A DNA stretch of 64,000 nt from an uncultured Bacteroidales bacterium (lineage in GTDB: Bacteria; Bacteroidota; Bacteroidia; Bacteroidales; FEN-979), in contig CAIWXI010000010.1 of NCBI GenBank assembly GCA_903916595.1, positions 25,311 to 89,310 on the forward strand, given 5' to 3'. The notes below the pieces were generated by a model. That model searched no databases. It was not told the DNA's origin and saw nothing but the letters and a program-made list of their open reading frames with translations. How positions within the stretch are numbered: the stretch's first letter is position 1; each line of letters opens with the position of its first letter. Of the stretch, positions 50,624 through 58,669 are shown piece by piece. The position numbers and the translations under genes were made by a program.

Positions 50624-51391
50624 TTAATGGCTGATACTTTTCACTTTATTATTATCAGGCGGCTGTGAGGATGAGGTTTGTCTGCTTAAGGTCATCATGA
50701 CTGCCGCGGCCAGAGTGGAGGTTGCCAGGCATGCGAAGAGGGCGATATAGCCGAAACCGGCAATCAGCTGCCCGCCCAGTAAAGGACCCAGGAAAAAACC
50801 TCCCTGCATCATGATCAGCAGAAGATTCTGGTTTAATGCTCGTGCCGGGGGTAATGAAATATCGAACATGGCCGCGGCCTGAAGGGGCATGGCAATTCCC
50901 CAGCCGAGGCCTGTAACAACCGCGAGGAAGAATAATATGGCGGCGGAATCCGCATATGGGACCAGGCGAACAAGAGATACATAGCCAAAGGCGCGGCCGC
51001 TCATTCCGGGAGGTATAAAGGGAATGAGCATGGTAATAAGGGAAGAAAGTACGCAGATGAACCCAGCTCCCTGCAGCAGGCGGGCTGCGATCAGCAGGGG
51101 AATGGCCGAGAGTTGGCCGAGCATGAACAATGACAGTGAGAACAGGATAGCACCGCCCAGAAGCCACCGGCGGGCATTGCCGGCATGAATAAGAGGAGTG
51201 ATCAGAGGCTGGACGATAAATGCCGCAAGTGAGTCGGCGCTTAAAATGAGACCTCCCGTGGCAGGGTTGAACCCCATTTGGCTTAGATAGCCTGAAAAAA
51301 GAAAAAAAAGTGCGGTAATTGTTGTGATCAGCCCAAACTGGAGATTGATCAACACAAAGCCGGGCGAGAGAAGTGTGGAACGTTCAGTCAT
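50624..51391 (-). CDS. MFS-type transporter, unusually short (255 aa; possible internal deletion or pseudogene)
   Basis: MFS loop-2/3-like 'HAGNARRWLLGG'. About 8 TM segments instead of 12. A C-terminal-half-like segment follows directly after about TM5. Confidence 0.45.
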   Translation of the reverse strand: MTERSTLLSPGFVLINLQFGLITTITALFFLFSGYLSQMGFNPATGGLILSADSLAAFIVQPLITPLIHAGNARRWLLGGAILFSLSLFMLGQLSAIPLLIAARLLQGAGFICVLSSLITMLIPFIPPGMSGRAFGYVSLVRLVPYADSAAILFFLAVVTGLGWGIAMPLQAAAMFDISLPPARALNQNLLLIMMQGGFFLGPLLGGQLIAGFGYIALFACLATSTLAAAVMMTLSRQTSSSQPPDNNKVKSISH

Positions 51392-51657
51392 TTAGTCCCT
51401 CCAGAAAAACTGCCAGCAGGTTGCCTGCCAGTCTGCGCCGGTCGATAAAAGGCCGTTTGGGCTATAATATCTCCTGAGGCGGTGCTCTTGCCTTGCCAGG
51501 ATCTCAAGCGCTTCAGCTCTGTCCATAAAAAGGAGTATTTGACAATCGATATGAGCAAATTTAATAAAACTTTTTAAATACGAAAATAACCATATCAATT
51601 TTTGACTAGACTCAAAATTAAGTTATGTGCATTTTTGAATTTGTAAAAAATAATATC

Positions 51658-51665
51658 TATTTTTG
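51658..51665 (+). promoter_or_regulatory. candidate Bacteroidota -7 promoter box (TAttTTTG) upstream of the bcr cluster
   Basis: Matches TAnnTTTG. It ends 13 nt before the point (51679) where the bcrC reading frame opens. Confidence 0.35.
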
Positions 51666-51825
51666 GAAAGCCTTTTAACCTGATTTTATTCATCAAAAAA
51701 CCATACGCAAACTGAGCACCCTGAACGAAATAATTGCCCGATGTGAAGTACTGGCCTTTGACCTTTCTTTTTCCCGTGCAAAAGAATGGAAATCACAGAT
51801 TAGCAACAGGGTCCTCATCGGGCAT

Positions 51826-52875
51826 ATGCCGGTTTATTTTCCCCGTGAGATCATTCATGCTGCCAACGGTCTGGCCATAGGAATCCTGGGCGGAGGTGAT
51901 AAAAAACTGATCATCAAAGGCGATGCCTATTACCAGTCGTATATCTGCCATATGCCCCGCAGTATCATCGAGCTGGCTCTCGATAAGCATTTTGAAGGCT
52001 TCGACGGCTTCATTTTTCCTTCCATCTGCGATGTCATAAGGAACCTTTCCGGGATGTTCCAGCTGATGGAGATCGGTAAATTTGTCAAATACCTCGATTT
52101 TCCACAGAATTTTCTGCCCCACATTGGCGGTACCTTTTACCGGCATGAACTTCAGACGGTCCTCGATCAGGTCTATAAACTGAACGGGGTGGAAGTGACC
52201 GCCCAAAAGCTCAATCATTCCATAGGGCTGTTCAACTTAAACCGTCAGCTTATCTGCAAGTTGTATGACATCCGCCAGGAATTCCCATGGCGACTTACAG
52301 CTGCTGATGTTTACCATATAGTACGCGCTGGATATGTGATCCCCGTGGAAGAACATAATGAGATCCTTGAGGAAGTCATACGGCATATGCAAAAGGAATT
52401 CGGCGATCCTCTCGACAAGATCCGTGTTCTGGTGATCGGCGCTTTCTGTGAACAACCGCCGGCCGGACTGATCAAAACGATTGAACTGGCAGGCTGCTAT
52501 ATCGTAGAAGATGATTTCCTGCTTGGAGCCCGATGGATACAGGGTGATATTGATACTGCCGGATCAGATCCTTTAGGGGCAATTACTCAGGCTTACCTTG
52601 ATATGAGTACGTTCTCATCATCGGTTTATGATGTGGGTAATCCCAAGGAAGCCAGGCTGCTTCAGCTGATCAGGCAACGGAAGATCGACGGCGTGATCTT
52701 TGCCGCTCCGAGTTTTTGCGACCCTGCTTTACTTGACCATCCGATACTTCAAAAAGAATGTAATGACAAAGGCATCCGTTTTGTGAGCTTCCTCTACAGC
52801 GAAAATACGGGTCAGTTCAAGGTCATCAAGGAACAGGTTGGTACATTTTCTGATTCGATAAAGCTCTGGGACTGA
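51826..52875 (+). CDS. bcrC: benzoyl-CoA reductase subunit C-like (BcrC/BadD/HgdB family)
   Basis: 'PVYFPREIIHAANGLAIGILGGGD', 'YYQSYICHMPRS', 'FPSICDVIRN' and 'FAAPSFCDPALLDHP'. The first ATG is 51826, but family-typical sequence (LNEIIARCEVLAFDLSFSRAKEWK...) is in frame from 51679 with no ATG, GTG or TTG. Confidence 0.8.
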   Translation: MPVYFPREIIHAANGLAIGILGGGDKKLIIKGDAYYQSYICHMPRSIIELALDKHFEGFDGFIFPSICDVIRNLSGMFQLMEIGKFVKYLDFPQNFLPHIGGTFYRHELQTVLDQVYKLNGVEVTAQKLNHSIGLFNLNRQLICKLYDIRQEFPWRLTAADVYHIVRAGYVIPVEEHNEILEEVIRHMQKEFGDPLDKIRVLVIGAFCEQPPAGLIKTIELAGCYIVEDDFLLGARWIQGDIDTAGSDPLGAITQAYLDMSTFSSSVYDVGNPKEARLLQLIRQRKIDGVIFAAPSFCDPALLDHPILQKECNDKGIRFVSFLYSENTGQFKVIKEQVGTFSDSIKLWD

Positions 52876-52917
52876 GAGGTGCTCAGCGATAGTTTTAAAC
52901 TCTTCTGAAAAAAACAT

Positions 52918-54201
52918 ATGTCGAAAGAGGTTGCGAAAGAACGAAGCATGATCATCCAGAAAGAGATGATCACCCGGCAGTTTAAGGAACTGAGCATGGC
53001 CGGGGAGACAGGGAAGAAAGTGGTCTATACCTTCGTTCCGGGTAACATCTCCGAGTTGATCCTTTCGTTCGATATGCTGCCTGTATATCCCGAGATCAAT
53101 GCCTTGCAATCGGGAATGCGAAAAAAATCGGGTGGGTATATACGCGATGCCGAACAGCATGGTCATTCCGAAGATGTATGCACCTATGTGAAATGTGATG
53201 TTGGGATGATGCTGAGCGGGAATATAGGCCCCACGGGCGAAAAGATCCCGAAGCCGGATCTGCTGCTGCTTAGCTATACCGGCTGCTTTACGTTCATGAA
53301 ATGGTTTGAAACCCTCGAACGACTGTATCCCGGCGTCCCGGTTGCTATGCTCCATACTCCTTACCAGGAGGCCCATAAGATCACCCCCGAGATGACCGCC
53401 TATATGGTCAAACAGCTGAAGGAAGAAGTGATCCCGAAAATGGAAAAAGTTTCTGGGAATAAGTATGATGAAGAAAAACTGAAATCCATCCTCCGGAACT
53501 CTTCCAAAGTAGAGGATTATATTGTAAAGATCTTCGATACTACCAAACACAGGCCTTCTCCCATCGATGCCTATTTCGCCGGGGTGTATTATATAGGCCC
53601 CATCAACAGCGGCTTCAGGGGTACACCCCAGGCTGTTGATTATTATGCCGAGTTATATAAGGAGATACTTGAACGCATTGATAACAAGCTGGGGCCGATC
53701 ACTCCTGAGGGTGTGATGGAAGAAGAACGCTTCCGTCTGGTGGTGGAAGGCCCCCCAAACTGGACCCATTTTCGTGAATTCTGGAAACTTTTTTATGACA
53801 TGGGCGCCGTGATCGTGGCCTCTTCCTATACAAAAGTAGGAGGAGTGTACGATATGGGTTTCCGTGTCAATCCTGATAAACCCCTCGAAAGCCTGGCCGA
53901 ATACTGCATGAACTGCTACACTAATCTCAATCTTCAGCAACGTGTTGATCTTCTTTCCAAATGTATCACCGACTACCACGCCGACGGCTTCCTGGTAAAT
54001 TCAATTAAAAGTTGTAATTCATTCTCTGCAGGGCAATTGATGATTATGCAGAAACTGGAACGAAAGCTGGAAATACCTATTGGATTCATCGAATCCGACC
54101 TGGTCGATCCAAGATATTTCTCTTACTCGAATATCAAAAACAGGCTTGAATCATTTTTCCAGATGCTGGAGCAGAGGAAGATGATGAATATCCAGTCCTG
54201 A
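52918..54201 (+). CDS. bcrB: benzoyl-CoA reductase subunit B-like (BcrB/BadE/HgdA family)
   Basis: 'KVVYTFVPGNISELILSFDMLPVYPEINALQSGMRKKSGGYIRDAEQHGHSEDVCTYVKCDVGMM', 'YTGCFTFMKWFE' and 'NSIKSCNSFSAGQ'. Confidence 0.8.
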   Translation: MSKEVAKERSMIIQKEMITRQFKELSMAGETGKKVVYTFVPGNISELILSFDMLPVYPEINALQSGMRKKSGGYIRDAEQHGHSEDVCTYVKCDVGMMLSGNIGPTGEKIPKPDLLLLSYTGCFTFMKWFETLERLYPGVPVAMLHTPYQEAHKITPEMTAYMVKQLKEEVIPKMEKVSGNKYDEEKLKSILRNSSKVEDYIVKIFDTTKHRPSPIDAYFAGVYYIGPINSGFRGTPQAVDYYAELYKEILERIDNKLGPITPEGVMEEERFRLVVEGPPNWTHFREFWKLFYDMGAVIVASSYTKVGGVYDMGFRVNPDKPLESLAEYCMNCYTNLNLQQRVDLLSKCITDYHADGFLVNSIKSCNSFSAGQLMIMQKLERKLEIPIGFIESDLVDPRYFSYSNIKNRLESFFQMLEQRKMMNIQS

Positions 54202-54268
54202 TACTGCTGATGAGAATTGGTTTCTCCTGTGAACGGAGCAGGAATAGTTTAATTAAATAAGTTCATCA

Positions 54269-55645
54269 ATGAAGAAATATTTTTTGGGAATAGATCTCGG
54301 ATCAACCACCTCCAAAGCCATCATCATTGATGATAATGACAGGATCATTGGTCGGGGAATTACCAACACAAGGGCAAATTATACGGTTGCCACCGAGATC
54401 GCAAGGCTCGAAGCCATCTATAATGCAAGGTTTTCGCTGCTTAAGATGAAGCTCGAAGATGAAATCGAAAGCAAACCCGAATACAAACGATATATAAAGG
54501 ATGTTGAATCCATTTTTCAATATCTGCAGTTCAAACGCAGGCTCGACCGCCTGAATGTGCAATTCAGGGATACTATCGACAGTACTTTCAGCGGAGAGAA
54601 GAAAGACAAAATCAGCGGATTTGTCGACCGGATCGTAAAAGAGATCGGCCCTGCCGTCCTCAATGAATACCTGACCGGGAACCTGGGCCAGAAGAATCAG
54701 TTCTTCAGGGATATTATAAGCGAAAAATACAATAAAGATGTAAACGCACTTCCTAAAGATTATTTTGAACCTACAATGCTTGTTTACGACAAGAGCATAA
54801 GCCATGTTGAAAATGAACTCACCGAATATGATTTCAGGGACCTGGTTTACCAGGCAATGGAACTGCTGAATGATAAATATTCGGGGATGGACGATTCCTC
54901 TCCTGAAGAGACCGGTGTTGGTTTTGATAGCGAGCTGAATCTCCTAAAAGGTAATTATAAGCATATTTACGACTCACTGAAAGAGCATATCAGTTTTGTG
55001 GCCAACCTTGATATCCACATAACCAATATGGTTGGTACCGGCTATGGCCGTGCCCTTCTGCCTTTCCCTGAGAAATCAATACGCTCGGAGATCCTTTGTC
55101 ACGCATTTGGGGCCCATGCAGTTTTTCCCAATACACGGACCGTTCTCGATATTGGCGGACAGGATACCAAGGCGATACAGGTCGACAGTCATGGACTAGT
55201 CACGAGTTTTTACATGAACGACCGCTGCGCTGCAGGTTGCGGGCGTTATCTGGGGTATATCGCCGACGAGTTCAGCATTTCGTTGAATGAACTGGGCCCC
55301 CTGGCCATGGAAGCCACCAATGAAGTGAATATCTGCTCTACATGTACTGTGTTTGCTGCTGCAGAGATCAGGGAGCTGCTAAACGTGGGACAGAAACGAT
55401 CGGACATCCTGGCTGGTTTGCACAGGGCCATCGTGATGCGGGCTATGTCGCTGCTTGCACGCTCGGGAGGGGTCAGGAATGAGTTTACATTTACCGGCGG
55501 CGTCGCCCGCAACCAGGCTGTGCTGAAATATGTTTCGGACCTGGTGCTGCAGAATTACGGCAAGGATATTACGATCAATGTGCATACCGATTCGATATTC
55601 ATGGGAGCCCTCGGTGGCGCCATGTTTGCCCGAAGGGGTGCATGA
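54269..55645 (+). CDS. bcrA: benzoyl-CoA reductase subunit A-like (BcrAD/BadFG ATPase, long form)
   Basis: 'LGIDLGSTTSKAII', cluster-ligand region 'NDRCAAGCGRYLG' and 'ICSTCTVFAAAE'. A roughly 200-aa insertion after the first ASKHA motif, as in BcrA-type subunits. Confidence 0.8.
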   Translation: MKKYFLGIDLGSTTSKAIIIDDNDRIIGRGITNTRANYTVATEIARLEAIYNARFSLLKMKLEDEIESKPEYKRYIKDVESIFQYLQFKRRLDRLNVQFRDTIDSTFSGEKKDKISGFVDRIVKEIGPAVLNEYLTGNLGQKNQFFRDIISEKYNKDVNALPKDYFEPTMLVYDKSISHVENELTEYDFRDLVYQAMELLNDKYSGMDDSSPEETGVGFDSELNLLKGNYKHIYDSLKEHISFVANLDIHITNMVGTGYGRALLPFPEKSIRSEILCHAFGAHAVFPNTRTVLDIGGQDTKAIQVDSHGLVTSFYMNDRCAAGCGRYLGYIADEFSISLNELGPLAMEATNEVNICSTCTVFAAAEIRELLNVGQKRSDILAGLHRAIVMRAMSLLARSGGVRNEFTFTGGVARNQAVLKYVSDLVLQNYGKDITINVHTDSIFMGALGGAMFARRGA

Positions 55646-55691
55646 AACATACAGGAATTATTTGAATAGCGGGCCCGGTTTCGGGAAAAAA

Positions 55692-56525
55692 ATGAAGAAA
55701 CAGGAAATTTATACCATAGGTGTCGACGTGGGCAGCAGTAACATCAAAGCTGTACTGATGGAGTATTCAGACCAGCCGGTCATTATTGATCAGCTCAGCG
55801 AAAGGATCAGGAAAAGAAACCCTGAAATGGTCGCCGATCAGCTTATTGATCTTATCCTTGAGAGAAATTCACTCAATTACAAGGACATCGCTTACCTCGC
55901 TTCTACAGGTGAAGGAGAAATGCTGATGCGGAAACGCGGGCATTTTTACAGCATGACAACCCATGCCAAAGGCGGCGTCTTCCTATGCCCGGGCTCAATG
56001 ACCGTTGTAGATATGGGCGCCCTGTATGTGAGGGCCATTAAAATAAATGAACTGGGAAGGGTGCTTGACTATAAGATGACCGGGCAATGCGCTTCCGGCT
56101 CAGGGCAGTTTATTGAAAACATTTCCCGTTACCTGGGTCTGGCTATCGATGATGTAGGACCCACATCCCTTAAATCGGTCACTCCTGAAACACCTTCAGG
56201 GATATGTTCAGTCCTTGCCGAAACCGATGTGATCAATATGGTGTCACGGGGAATATCCACACCCGATATCATCAAAGGAATCCATCTGTCGATAGCCAAT
56301 AAGATCGTCAAACTGCTGTCTTCACTCAAAGCTACTTCCCCGGTCGTCCTTACCGGCGGAATGGCTATGAATACCGGCATGATCCAGGCAGTGCAGGAAC
56401 TGATCGAAGAAAGTAAGATGAATCTTGAAATCAAGGCGCATCCCGATTCCATCTATTCAGGCGCTATCGGAGCGGCCATCTGGGGAGGCTTCCGATATTA
56501 TAAATTAAATCTGACCAGAAATTAA
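55692..56525 (+). CDS. bcrD: benzoyl-CoA reductase subunit D-like (BcrAD/BadFG ATPase, short form)
   Basis: Start moved to ATG 55692 (MKKQEIYTIGVDVGSSNIKAV...). 'MTGQCASGSGQFIE' and 'ICSVLAETDVINM'. Confidence 0.8.
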   Translation: MKKQEIYTIGVDVGSSNIKAVLMEYSDQPVIIDQLSERIRKRNPEMVADQLIDLILERNSLNYKDIAYLASTGEGEMLMRKRGHFYSMTTHAKGGVFLCPGSMTVVDMGALYVRAIKINELGRVLDYKMTGQCASGSGQFIENISRYLGLAIDDVGPTSLKSVTPETPSGICSVLAETDVINMVSRGISTPDIIKGIHLSIANKIVKLLSSLKATSPVVLTGGMAMNTGMIQAVQELIEESKMNLEIKAHPDSIYSGAIGAAIWGGFRYYKLNLTRN

Positions 56526-56552
56526 CAGGATTGGAACTTCAAATACCTTTCA

Positions 56553-58634
56553 ATGAACGACGCGCTTGATGCATTATTCAAACCCAGGGCCGTTGCGCTC
56601 ATCGGGGCTTCTGCCAAAGAACTCTCAATCGGCAATGTGATCATCAAAAACCTTATCCATTACAGGTTCAACGGTCCGGTTTATCCGATAAATCCTAAGG
56701 TGGATGAGATCCGTGGGCTGAAAGCATATCCCTCAATTCTTGATGTTCCGGGCGAAGTCGACCTGGCCCATATCGTAATCCCTCCTCCTTTTGTACCTGA
56801 AGAAGTTGAGAACTGCGGAAAGAAGGGAATCAAAGCCATCATTATAAATACAGCAGGGTTCAAGGAAATGGGTGCCGAAGGACAGGCACTGGAGAATGAC
56901 TTTCTCAAAAGGGCCGCAAAATATGGTATTCGCATCGTTGGCCCGAACTGCCAGGGGATCATTAATTCAGATCCGGCCATTAACGCCTATTGCAATTTTA
57001 CGTTTACCTTCCCTCATCCCGGACATATCTCTGTGGTAGCACAAAGCGGAGGAGTAGGAGCGGTCCTTATGCAGGCCTTTCATGATATGGGTGTAGGACA
57101 GCGGATGTATGCTTCCAATGGTAATGGGTCGGATGTTTCCATTACCGAATTCATCAGTTATTACGGAAAAGATGAAGAAACAAGGGCTATTGTGCTGTAT
57201 GCCGAAAGCCTTGGAAATCCTTTGGAGTTTATTGAAGTCGTAAAAAAAGTAACAGCACGTAAGCCGGTTCTTGCCATCACTGCAGGTAGGACTGATAAAG
57301 GCGCTGAAGCTTCAAGGTCGCATATTGGCGGATTGGCCGGCAGTATTTCAATGGATCTCATTTATAAAAAGGCTGGTATACTTACATTTCACAACCAGGA
57401 AGAGTTATGCCATGCAGCCGTGGCTTTATCCTCTCAGCCAGTCCCCAAAGGAAACAGGGTAGGTATCATAACAAATACTGGCGGGCCTTCGGTCATCGCC
57501 ATCGATGAGCTGGTGAGTTGCGGACTTACACTTCCACCCTTATCCGCCAATGCTATTGAAACCCTGAAAGGGACCATGCTTGAATCAGCATCTATAAGAA
57601 ATCCGCTGGATGTAGTTGCCACCGCCGGCCCTCTTCATTTCCGAAGTGCCCTCGAAGTAATGATGAACGAGGAACAGTATGATAGTATTTATCTGAACTT
57701 TGTTACTCCACCATTTGTTGATTGTGAAAGTGTTGCCCGGGAGATCACGTCAGCAGCCCGCGCAGGGAATAAGCCCGTCGTATGTAATTATATGACCGAT
57801 AAACAGGAATGGCGCTCTACTTCCGCTATTCTGAAAGAAGGAAAGATCCCCTGCTTTGATTTTGCTGAAACCGCTGCGAGGGCCTTGTATTCACTGGTTC
57901 GTTATAATTCTATCCTGTCATCAGAAAAAGGTAAAATAAAACTATTTGCTGATGTCGAAAAGGAGAGAGTCAGGATGATACTCACCGATGCCCATCATCA
58001 GAACAGGGAAGTGCTTTCGGCTCATGATGTATACTCAATTCTTGATGCCTATAAAATACCTGTTGCTCCATGGAAAGTTGCATCAGATGTGAAAGAGGTA
58101 GTCTATGTGGCAGGTCAGATTGGCTTTCCGGTCGTAATAAAAGCCGACTCTGAACAGATCATTCATAAAAGTGATGTAGGAGGTGTTGCTGTTAACATTA
58201 TGACTACTGCTGAAGCAAATGCTGCAGTTGAGAAAATGAAAAGTACTCTGGGTGGCGGAATGAGGTTTCTGGTCCAGAAATGTCTTGTCCCGGGCAGGGA
58301 ACTTATTATTGGTGCGAAAGCTTCTCCGGGCACCGGGCCTATCATCATGTTCGGCCTTGGTGGGATCTTTGTCGAAGTCCTGAAAGATGTTGCCTTTGCC
58401 ATCAGCCCGCTAAGTGATACCGAAGCCAGCGAAATGATCAGCTCAATTAAAGCTGCAGCCCTGATCAACGGTTTCAGAGGGCAAAAAGGAATCAATAAGG
58501 CAAAAACTGTTGAGATAATTCAACGGATATCTATGCTTTGCAACGATTTTCCAATAATTAAAGAGCTTGACCTTAATCCTTTGTTTGCAACGGGCGACGA
58601 TATATGCGTTGTGGATGCAAGGATTATTCTTTAG
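56553..58634 (+). CDS. ADP-forming (NDP-forming) acyl-CoA synthetase, fused alpha-beta type
   Basis: CoA-binding N-terminus 'AVALIGASAKELSIGNVIIKNL...VYPINPK'. Phosphohistidine segment 'EASRSHIGGLAGS'. C-terminal ATP-grasp 'GFPVVIKADSEQIIHKSDVGGVAVNI'. Confidence 0.85.
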   Translation: MNDALDALFKPRAVALIGASAKELSIGNVIIKNLIHYRFNGPVYPINPKVDEIRGLKAYPSILDVPGEVDLAHIVIPPPFVPEEVENCGKKGIKAIIINTAGFKEMGAEGQALENDFLKRAAKYGIRIVGPNCQGIINSDPAINAYCNFTFTFPHPGHISVVAQSGGVGAVLMQAFHDMGVGQRMYASNGNGSDVSITEFISYYGKDEETRAIVLYAESLGNPLEFIEVVKKVTARKPVLAITAGRTDKGAEASRSHIGGLAGSISMDLIYKKAGILTFHNQEELCHAAVALSSQPVPKGNRVGIITNTGGPSVIAIDELVSCGLTLPPLSANAIETLKGTMLESASIRNPLDVVATAGPLHFRSALEVMMNEEQYDSIYLNFVTPPFVDCESVAREITSAARAGNKPVVCNYMTDKQEWRSTSAILKEGKIPCFDFAETAARALYSLVRYNSILSSEKGKIKLFADVEKERVRMILTDAHHQNREVLSAHDVYSILDAYKIPVAPWKVASDVKEVVYVAGQIGFPVVIKADSEQIIHKSDVGGVAVNIMTTAEANAAVEKMKSTLGGGMRFLVQKCLVPGRELIIGAKASPGTGPIIMFGLGGIFVEVLKDVAFAISPLSDTEASEMISSIKAAALINGFRGQKGINKAKTVEIIQRISMLCNDFPIIKELDLNPLFATGDDICVVDARIIL

Positions 58635-58669
58635 AAAAACCATTTGATATTTAATTAATAATCGAAATC

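Noticed and set aside
51392-51598. A 68-aa ORF abutting the short MFS gene.
   Set aside because: The 5' half is AT-rich and promoter-like, and there are no motifs. It may be a gene remnant, but I cannot support it as a CDS.
51826-56525. Interpreting the four genes as a 2-hydroxyglutaryl/2-hydroxyacyl-CoA dehydratase (HgdAB plus the HgdC activator).
   Set aside because: Dehydratase systems use a homodimeric activator from one gene. Here there are two distinct ATPase subunits, one with the long BcrA-type insertion, in bcrCBAD order and next to dch, had and oah. A phylogeny is still needed to be certain.
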